Positions 39,801 through 49,800 of a stretch of DNA of 64,000 nt are shown here, piece after piece. A program made the position numbers and the translations under genes. The DNA is from Enoplolaimus lenunculus (taxonomy: Eukaryota). The notes beneath the pieces were generated by a model. It had not been told where the DNA came from. It did no database searches and saw nothing but the letters and a program-made list of their open reading frames with translations. The stretch's first letter is position 1. Each line of letters begins with the position of its first letter. Location: NCBI GenBank assembly GCA_030248215.1, contig JASANG010001649.1, positions 62,001-126,000 of the forward strand, read 5' to 3'.

Positions 39801-42800
39801 GCACTATTGCATGAAAATAGTACGCCTCATATTAATAATTAGTAAAATTTATTTTTTGAACAATTAGTTTCTCATATTAATAGCTTACATTATTCAGAAA
39901 CAGAGCCGGCCTGTCGCCTTTTTCTTCAATATCAATTCGAACTTTATACAACTCTCCCACGTCACCAAATTCAACCTGAAACACAATCGTGTAGCTGAAG
40001 TGAAGCCAAAGTGGCGTTCTCTCAAGAAATATTTTTAGCCTCTCTGGAAAACTATCGTCCAGCTTGTAACGAAATGTTTTTTCTAAACACCTAAGACTAT
40101 GCCTAACGTAATCAAAAAATAGTCTAAAGCTTAAGCTTACTGTATTGCAATCTCGCAGAAAAACATTTTGCCTCTGACTCTTACGAGGGCCGACGTGTGC
40201 AACGTTTGTCTAAATATGGTACTAAAACATGATAACCATTCATTTTTTAATCAATCATTGTTTTCCCTAAGATATCATTGTTTGTCCTACCACGGTGTCA
40301 AAGGTTTATAATTACAATGGGTGGTCAACAGGTTAAAGTTTTCAATAACACCCTTGAGGGCTCCTGATGTTTTCATAATAATTAGTTCCGAAATGATAGT
40401 TCCTGAGGTGCCGTTTGATATGAACAAAGTTGCAGCTTACATCGAAAATTTCGTCTTTTTGACCAATCGATGTCAATTGATCTGCCGAAAGGTAAATTTT
40501 ATTAGAGAATCCATTCGTTCCATACGCAGCAATCGCAACTTCTGCAGTTGTGGCAGCACCTGCTACATCATTGTTTGCGTTGTCTTCTGAATTTTCATCC
40601 AGAACACCTGTTCGAACTATCAAACTCCAGCGCCCGCCTGAAATATGTCACGAAACATTTTGCAAAATTTAATTAATTCATAAAGGTTGGGCAGTGAGTA
40701 TTGTCATACCATAATCGGCGTATTGAAAATGTTGTTGTTGACTTAACTAACAAAACTAAATTCTTTAAGTCTATACCAATACTAGATCGTTTACCAGTAT
40801 GTCTTAAGGTAGAAACGTAGAGTTCACCAAAGATTTTGTACCCAGTGGCAGATTTACACATTTCTCACAACTGACTTTATAGTAATTTTAGGTGCAATGA
40901 TAAACAGCGCTGCAGGCGAAATATTTTGAAGAGTTTTAACGCCAAGCACTACACAACTGAATAAATTTGTAAAATTTGTAAGGTAAAAAGCGGAGCGTTA
41001 ACAATTTTTGGCCAAAAATTATTTACTGTAGATTGAGGGGCGCCCACCTCTGCAGCCGCCGTTGTCTATGACTGTGCAGAAGCCTGAGATTATGAAAGTC
41101 ACATTTACTCAAAACTGACGTAAACTCACTGCTCGGAGGCTTGCTGTCATCATTTATTTCGACATCACTCAAAGTTGGTGATGTACTAAGATCAAAATAA
41201 CCTAAAACCATACACAAACGCAATTAGAAATATTAATACAATGCTCTACGGACAGATTTCCAAGTGAGATTCATGCGTACCCCAATTAGCTGGACAGACC
41301 AAGTTCAAAATTTTTTATAACGCCTAAGCCAGCATTCTCAAATATGTGTAGCGCCTATCATACCTTGGTGATAGGTCTTGTTGCTTTTAAATCAGAACAG
41401 GTTTGAAATTCAGCACATTATTCGCGTTTAATTGGACATACTTCTATGCCAATCAACAGATTCAAAATTGCGAGAGTTCGTCAGTTTGAAAACCAATCGC
41501 TAACAGGCGATGAATGCTTAGGCAATTAAGAATATGAACCGTAAGTACTATAGAACCTACAGCTTCTAACTGTTCGGTGGAATGCGTGAAATATTCTTAC
41601 CACTAATTGGTATTTCTCTTTCAGTTAAGCCGTCAACTTGGTTTGTATCCAGCCATTTATTACACGAAAACACCATTTGAAGCGTTCGCTGATCAACTTC
41701 AGCAGTAAGCAGCACTCGATCTAGGAATATTCCTGCTCCTAAAACAAAAATATTCAAAACAGGCAAGCAATAAAATTTGTTAAAATTTCTAAAGCTTTTG
41801 TGCAGACGTATCAAGCTAAAGACTATTGTAAAGTTTTTACAAAACGTTAAATTTACCAGTTACACTCATACATAACTGAGGGCGGACCGTTTTCCAGCGG
41901 AACCGGAATAGAGTAACCTTAAGCTTTAGACTATTTTTGCTTAGGCTTAGGTTAAGCTTAAGCCTGGGCGTATCCTTACACTGTGGCTCAGGTTTAGGAT
42001 TAGGCTTACGGATATTCTATATACAACTACTACGGTTACGCCGGTCAGCTACACATGAGCTACCAGATGTTAAGATAGTAGCTGCTACGCGAACTTGAAT
42101 TGATGTTGCGTACTATACCGTCCCACACTTGAAGTAATGTTCTAAGTTGCGTACGTTGACAATAAATTTAGGAGTATTGGACAATGTAAAGAGCCGGGCC
42201 CTACTTGTAGGATATATGAACATATTCCTAACGCCTAAGCCTAAGCCCAAGAATGAGCTTATCCCTAAGCCTAATCCCAAGACTAAGTCCAACCAAAAAA
42301 TTAGCCTAAAGCTTATGGTTAGTCTATTGCAGTCCCGCAGAAAAACGTTAAGCCCGAGATCTTTGCATGGGCCTGAGTATGAATAATTTCATAGTCGTTG
42401 GCGGAGCAATGGCATTTGCGAGCGAGTTGATTTATAACCCGTATTTAATTTAAGCTAAATATGGAAGCAACAAAAATAACTAATTTTACCGTATCCCTTG
42501 GCGTTGTGTCCGACAGTTACTCTGTTGACGAGCCCAATCAGCTCCGTTTCGTACTCAAAAGTATCCATCTAAAAACGCAAAATAGTTTCATAAACTAAAA
42601 AGTCTTCATTTAAATTAAACTTTAGTCCGAAAAGATGAAAATTTTTAGCATAGAATGAGTGTATTTAGTAAGTGCCAGTGATAATAAAAGTGACTTGAAA
42701 ATCTTAGCGAACGCACTTTAAAAGCGTTTGGCGCCATGACCCAGGATAAAGACATGCATTGGTCTGATGCTTTAACGACCAGGAAAATTTAAAATTTTTT

Positions 42801-43817
42801 CAATTGATCCTTAACAATTTCAAATCAAAATTTTTTTAAACAGCGGCTTAGAACCTTCATATCCTGAGCAAGTCTGAAACTAAACATTGCGATACACCCA
42901 GTGCTGGTCAAGAAAACCCCACATAGCGCCACAAGCAAACCTAAAAATTTGTATAATTTATTTGACTAGAGCTGCTTTCCGACATTTTTTCAGGGAAGGG
43001 GCCGAGCCCGCCTATCCTTGTTCTGGGTCTGGTTGAACACAAAATTTGACAATTTACTTGATTTTGTAGAAATCTTGGTTCGCTTGGCACCTGACGCAAC
43101 CAAATACGCCCAGTTTCACCGTTGTCGCCGTGTAGTATGATATACAGATCGGTATCGGTTTCAGCTGCCCATCGATTACCAGTTAAAATTGTAATTCCAT
43201 AGATGTTTCCTGAAAACATAATCAATTTTTACATTAGCATGAGTAAGAGTGACGCTGTACTTGTCGTTCTGCGTCGTCCGGTGCCATCCGTTACCGTACG
43301 GTATTGTACGTAAGTATTTCGTGTACGATACCGTACGGTGACGGACGGCGCCACACAACAAACGTGCAGTGACGGAGCGTTTGACGGTGACGGACGACGC
43401 CGGACGGCATCAAAAGTATAGCGCCACCTTAACATTTGCACGTACGTAACCTAAATACGGGATCACAAACAAATTTTAAAACATAAATTACTTAGAAAAC
43501 AATTGCTTATAAATGAAATCGAACACGTAGCCAAGGGACACGGGGGCGGGGCTGAACCCTATTTGGAAAAATTTTGGCCCCCTATAAAATTTTCAACCAT
43601 GTCTTGTAAGCCAACGGAAACCCTTGTATGCCGCTCCTGAAAAAACTTTAGCCTCCTAGCAAGGTGAGCTTGCTACGAGCATGAATGAAATACAACAATT
43701 TGTCAAGTCGTTACTTTTCACAGTTTCTGCTGGCGACTCATCGTCTTGTTCTAGATCAGCTTCTGAATGGTCGGGAGTTGAAACACTGATGGTGTCGTCT
43801 GTTTCTCGACGTTCTGA

Positions 43818-43851
<34 letters not shown>

Positions 43852-43865
43852 ATAATAATATTATT

Positions 43866-43896
<31 letters not shown>

Positions 43897-46800
43897 GTAT
43901 TAATAATAATAATACGCCCGTCACAAAACTTTGCCACGAGGTCTTACAGAAATGATCATAACCTCAAATAAATACTTGAAAATTTTAAAAGTTTTCAAAT
44001 GTACACAACAGGATTTGACATGTTCTGTAGTATCTCATGACTTCATATTGTGAAACGAGCGTAACAGAAGTTTCACTGCAATTAAACAAAACTGAACGCC
44101 GACTTCGTTATTGTTTTAAAATGATGGCGCCGAAAAGCTACCGATTATAACCCTTTGTCACATGAATATTTTCTATTACATATAACGACTATTTTTAAGC
44201 CAAGATTCAAATCGCAGCCTCACTCGGGGAGGCGTTTATTGTTACCACTCAGTTATAGGGAGCCAGCTTGGGCTAGGCCCCACCTGAATTGCAATCAACT
44301 ATAGATTTTGTATTAAAGGTATTGTTCTAAAATTGTGTTTGGCTGTTCGCTCGCGAATTTTTTCACTATTATATCTTGCGCAACATCTCGTTTAAAAACA
44401 TGTGGATCTGCCACTGCGACTGACCCGAAAAAAGCTAACTCTCTCGCACTCAAAAACAGTTAAATATTGTAAATTAAAATTGATATTAAAAACAAACTTT
44501 TGTAGCGTTTTCGTGTTTTATATCCTTTGAATGCTGCTTGGATTTTAGTAGCGGCCAGTTCTTCGTCAAGCTCTGGAGCAGCTCCTGGGTCTGAAAACAA
44601 GCACGTTTCGGTGGTCGCATTTGAGCCACTATTATGACAATAAAACCCATAGTTTGGCTTATATTGAGGAAGCATCACGAGTCTACAATTTTATTAGATC
44701 AATGATAACATGCCTAACTGTATATTTGTAATATATCAAATTTCGTCAGTGACTAAATCAGTTATTTAACTTAAGTACGCTTTTATAACCGACAAAATGG
44801 CTAAGTTACTGCTTATCACATACTTTAGTACTAAGTCGTACTTAAGTAGGGTTTCAGAAACGCAACGAGTGTCTATTACTTTAAAACATATTTGTCATGA
44901 TGAGGCGTTTGATCGTACACATGCTAAACCTCAAAGAACCCTATCCGACCAATCGGGTTCACTGAAAGTACAATAACCTGAAAATAATGAATGTTTCGAC
45001 GATCGCAGTTTTCGCCGAAGAGCGTGACCGCGGTAAACAGCTTGAATCTTTTTCGCTGCTTCATCGGCTTCGGTGTCCGAATAATCTAAAAAAATTGTAA
45101 AAGTAGTGTTGACATTTATAAAATTGACAACAAATCCAAAAACGTCTAGATAGCACCTTGCAATGGGTGAACAGGTCTATACTTGATTGTGTGGGGCGAT
45201 TGTGTCCGTAGCCAGGGGGAAACAGGGGTCTCAGCCCCACCTGAAAAAACTTTGAGCGCCGTAGATAATTTCTATCTTGATCGTTCAACGTAAACCTTTA
45301 TATACCCTTCCAAAAAATTTAGTGCCTCTTAGCAAGATGAGCTGGCTACGGGCTCGGGTGCGTTGGATGGTGTTTGGGGCTTTCCAAAGAGCAGGCTATC
45401 AATTTAACTAGTATTTTGAAAACTTATCTATGGATACTACATTTCACAATAATTACAGGAACCACTACTTTTACTATAATTTAATACACTATCAATTAAA
45501 CTTTGTTTAAAACGTACAGTTCACATGCTGTATTTGGTTCAAATGTTTGTGTGTCATCACTTCCAAATCGTCTAAAACGTAATTTTAGTGTAAAGCTCAC
45601 TGTAATCCCTTGTATGCCCCTTGTAATAACTTTCTAGACGCAACAGCTTGAGCTGGCAACGGGCCTGTGTTATGCATTTATAATTTAACACAGTTACCAA
45701 GTAAATTTCGTGCGAAAATTGTTTTAAACACAATCTTTCATTAATTTTGGAGCAAAATTCAAGGTTAAAGCTAAATTAGAAAATATCAACTGAGATTTTA
45801 TTTCTAGCAAGATTGAACGTCGAACTCTATCGGTTGCAATCGTTTACCATCACCACTCAGCTATGCGAATTTGAGGGAACTTTCACATGTTGTGTGTGAA
45901 GGAATATACTACTGCGAATACGTTACGAATTGTGAGGCACTGTCTATGTATTGTGCGGACACAGTTTGCACTTTGTTGCTTTTTGGATACTCTATATGGG
46001 AAGGCGTTATTCAGTCCATGCGTGGAAACATCTCAAAGATCATTGCTCCCCAACAAATATCATTACATTAAATACAAACTAACCTTTCAATCCTCTCCGT
46101 GTCAAGTATCCTCTGATCCCAGCTTGAATCTTGACCGCTGCTTCGTCGGTTGTCCAAACTTTCCTTTCACTTTCTCCGTCCTTCGTTTCTTCCGTCTTTT
46201 TTATATCTTTTTTCTTCGTTGTCTTTTTCTGCGACTGTTTTGGCACGCTATTGGATTCATTCATTTTATTCTTTAATTCTTTACTTTTTGATCTCTTATT
46301 CGCTTGCACTGGGGTCTCATTTTTAATTGTTTTCTTTGTAGTTGTTGTTCTTGTTGTTTTTGTTGTTGTCTCTTTCGTTAACTTATTATTGTGTTTTTGC
46401 GTTGACCGTGTTGAGATCGGTTGTTTCATCGTAGTATTTTTCGTTGCGTTGCTCGTTTTCAGTGAAATAGCGGGGTTTGATTTCGAGAATCGCACTGGCG
46501 TTTTAGGTTTGCGAATGGTATTTTCACTAAAATATACCAAATAAACAATATGTATTAGCTAACATACGTATAGTTTACCGAACATTTGCTTTATACAGCC
46601 CATGTAAAGATCAGGGGCGCAAAGTATTTCTGTGGGACTGCAATAGAGTATGCTTAAGCGGTTTAGACTAACTTTTTTGATTGGGCTTAGGCTTAAACTT
46701 AAATATAAGCTCATTCTTAAACTTAGACTTAGGCTTAGGCTTAGGCGTAGACTTATTAATATGCTTATACTACTGTTGCGGCCCTGTTCTATACATTGGC

Positions 46801-49800
46801 GCTTCAATTTATATTGCAAATAATTGCTGTACTCGCATCTTTGATTTTTTACATCCAGAATTCGGATACCATTCCAACATTAAACCATAATGCAAAATTT
46901 ACTTGAGCTCTTTTGTACCATTGATCAACTTTGGCAATGTTGTACTCGATTTGCTCGGCATGTCAACCGGTTTAGCGTATTTTGGTGATACTTTCGAAAT
47001 TTTGTTTTCGTCTAAAACAAAATATACTTTTTCAACAATTTGGTTCATAGTTTCGCCTAAAATTTTAATTGTTAATTTTCTAATAAAAACGATCGGTTAA
47101 CGACTAGTAACGGCGATTTTCGCCGCATAGTTCGACGCAATAAATTTGCGATTACGCAATTATGAAACTACAGCATGACTGTAAGCATAGGCGGATATGC
47201 TTGTCCGTTCTATAATATATATGTAGCAAGTGCACTATAATGTATGCTTGGCCGCAGCTTACATGTCAACATATAGTCGCCGGTGTAAGCAGGTGGAGAA
47301 ATTGGCTGTGTGGCGTAATGGTCCAACGGTCGTTTAAGGATCCGCAAGTTTGAGAGTTTCAATCGAACTCATGCCGTGCCTGTTTTTCTAATTGCATACT
47401 TAAAAGGTCTAAAGGCCCTACTTTTCCTACAAAAACTGAAAATAGCAGCTTCAACGGTTCGGCTCAACGTTTTACAAATATGTCAGTTTCACATCTTTTC
47501 AACTCATGCCAATTTTTACATAAAACCTAAAAAAGAAATCTGGTTTTAACTGATTTTAGGCTTCACAACATGATCCAGGTAGACATTGTTTAAACATGCT
47601 AGATGGACTAAAATTTATAAGAGGTGCATGAAATGATTGGGACGTACACGCGAGCTTAAAAGTTTTTCTAGCGGACCAAAATTGTTCTGGAGGCAAGCGA
47701 ATCACCCTGGATACCCTCTGAGAACGGGAACGTTATCAGTATAAATATTAGTGACCAACGTGAGATACTTATTTCACTCGGGTTCTAATAGAAAATTTCC
47801 ATTTAGCGTCGTACACCGCACCGTTTCTAATCGAAGGTAATTTGTTGGCAACCAGATGATTTCGTATTGGCATTTCACTTTTGCCCATTATCACAGGGGT
47901 ATCGTACTTTGAACACGCGATAAATTTTGTGGGACCAGTTAGGAGTTCGGTGATTGATAGAACCTAAAATATTTGATCTGAATGAATTGATTTCGTATTC
48001 TGAAGCTCCATCCAGCGCACTTAGTTTATACGGCAGATATTAGTTTTCGGTGTTGAATATATTGATCTCTAAATCAATTTTAGTACAAACATTGCACTTT
48101 CTCACATGATGCTGTTTTAGTTTTATATTGAAAATGTACAATTTCATAATCTTCAAATTGTTTTGTACGATAGAATACGAATACTGAAAGTTCTTGCATG
48201 TGAACCGTGCGTTTATATCTCGGAAGAACGCAAACCCGGGCTACAACTATTACATAAAAACAGTTACTGTGTCGTTGCGGAATTTCGGTCGTGAAACTAC
48301 AGCAATTTCCTGCAATATCTATATATACGCATTATTTAAAAAATTGTTCAATCTCATTATGTTTTACCAGACTTACGTCCGTGAATTTTTAGAATCAAGC
48401 TTACCCGAACGCCTTCCGGTGTATACAACCGGTAAACGGGAACCTGGAGATTGGCCGATAGTTCACGAAGCAATTCGGCAAATATTGGCAGCTGTCGAGA
48501 TCGCAGTACTATTTTATGAACCCGGCTTGGTTTTTGATTCAGAACAAAAAGCACCTGAAAACATATAAGATCGCAGTACTATTTTATGAACCCGGCTTGG
48601 TTTTTGATTCAGAACAAAAAGCACCTGAAAACATATAAGATCGCAGTACTATTTTATGAACCCGGCTTGGTTTTTGATTCAGAACAAAAAGCACCTGAAA
48701 ACATATAAGATCGCAGTACTTATTTTATGAACCCGGCTTGGTTTTTGATTCAGAACAAAAAGCACCTGAAAACATATAAGATCGCAGTACTATTTTATGA
48801 ACCCGGCTTGGTTTTTGATTCAGAACAAAAAGCACCTGAAAACATATAAGATCGCAGTACTATTTTATGAACCCGGCTTGGTTTTTGATTCAGAACAAAA
48901 AGCACCTGAAAACATATAAGATCGCAGTACTATTTTATGAACCCGGCTTGGTTTTTGATTCAGAACAAAAAGCACCTGAAAACATATAAACTTAAGTCCT
49001 GGCACCGTATTCACAAATCAGTGTAGCACCTACGACAATTGGCTCGCGTTTGAGAATATGCAGGGGTATTTCAGGTGGCAGCGACCAAACCTCTAAATAA
49101 ATGGGGGTGACCAAAAACGCAACGCCCGGTGGGACATTTTGTACCAGCAAGAACCCCAATAATTACACACTATTTTGTGCCATCCGGTACCCCAAGAGTT
49201 GCACACTCTTGTATCATGTGCTCTTGATTATACTAACTTGACGCTATTATATTTCATGTCGGTTTTGTGCAACCAGGGCTTAAAACCCCTCAATCAAAGT
49301 CGGTGGTGAACTAAAGTTTTCCGCCGTTATCTTGAAGTGCGGGCACCACTGTACGTTGGTGAAGTTCCAAATGGAAAAATTGAGTGTAAGAAATTTTACC
49401 TCGCTAAATTTAATACCGTCATGCCTTTTAGCAAGTGTGCTTTGGAAAATATCGATCGAAATATCCCTGTCATTCTAAAAACTGCTTACATGTATAAAAT
49501 ATATCCGAACTAACGCTGAGACGTTGGCTTAGGCTTTTGGTTTGGCTGGTTTGGCTTAGAAATATGCTTATACGACTGCTACGGCTCTGTTCTATAGATT
49601 GGCCGGACCTGTTCAATATTATAGGCATAAAAGCAATAATGAACTAACCTGTCTTGGCACATGTTTTGAGCGACGGGCAGAATCAATTTCAGCCGCTGTA
49701 CTATTTGATGGAGGCGTCAACGACTTGGTCATCATTTGGCTATTTTGAACGCTCGGCGACAACTTGGAAGCCTGAAATGTGCTAAAGCTAATAAAGGATT

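Larger units (their letters stand above)
30843..43209 (-). other. Five PLAT/LH2-like repeats (exons 12-28 of the RP1-like gene)
   Basis: Recurring motifs such as YGITILTGNRWAAETDTDLYIILHGDNGETG..DTFE..VGHN..GIFLDRV..FSCNKWLD; VEFGDVGELYKVRI; WRCAITTGDDSNAGTD..LFGDKGRS..IGRLIKIRL..WFIKKV; LIGQLGDSG..VDTFEFECISVG. Confidence 0.8.

Noticed and set aside
43681..43971. Ile/Leu-rich ORFs on both strands
   Set aside because: Microsatellite translation; only 43715-43813 on the minus strand fits the gene model.
46131..46544. Plus-strand Phe/Val-rich membrane-like ORF
   Set aside because: It is the antisense shadow of the Lys/Thr-rich exon 8.
47303..47377. Functional tRNA gene
   Set aside because: The stems do not pair into a cloverleaf and the B-box is degenerate; kept only as a SINE-like relic.
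48498..48988. CRISPR-like array
   Set aside because: The units are contiguous with no unique spacers, there are no cas genes, and the context is a eukaryotic intron-exon boundary.
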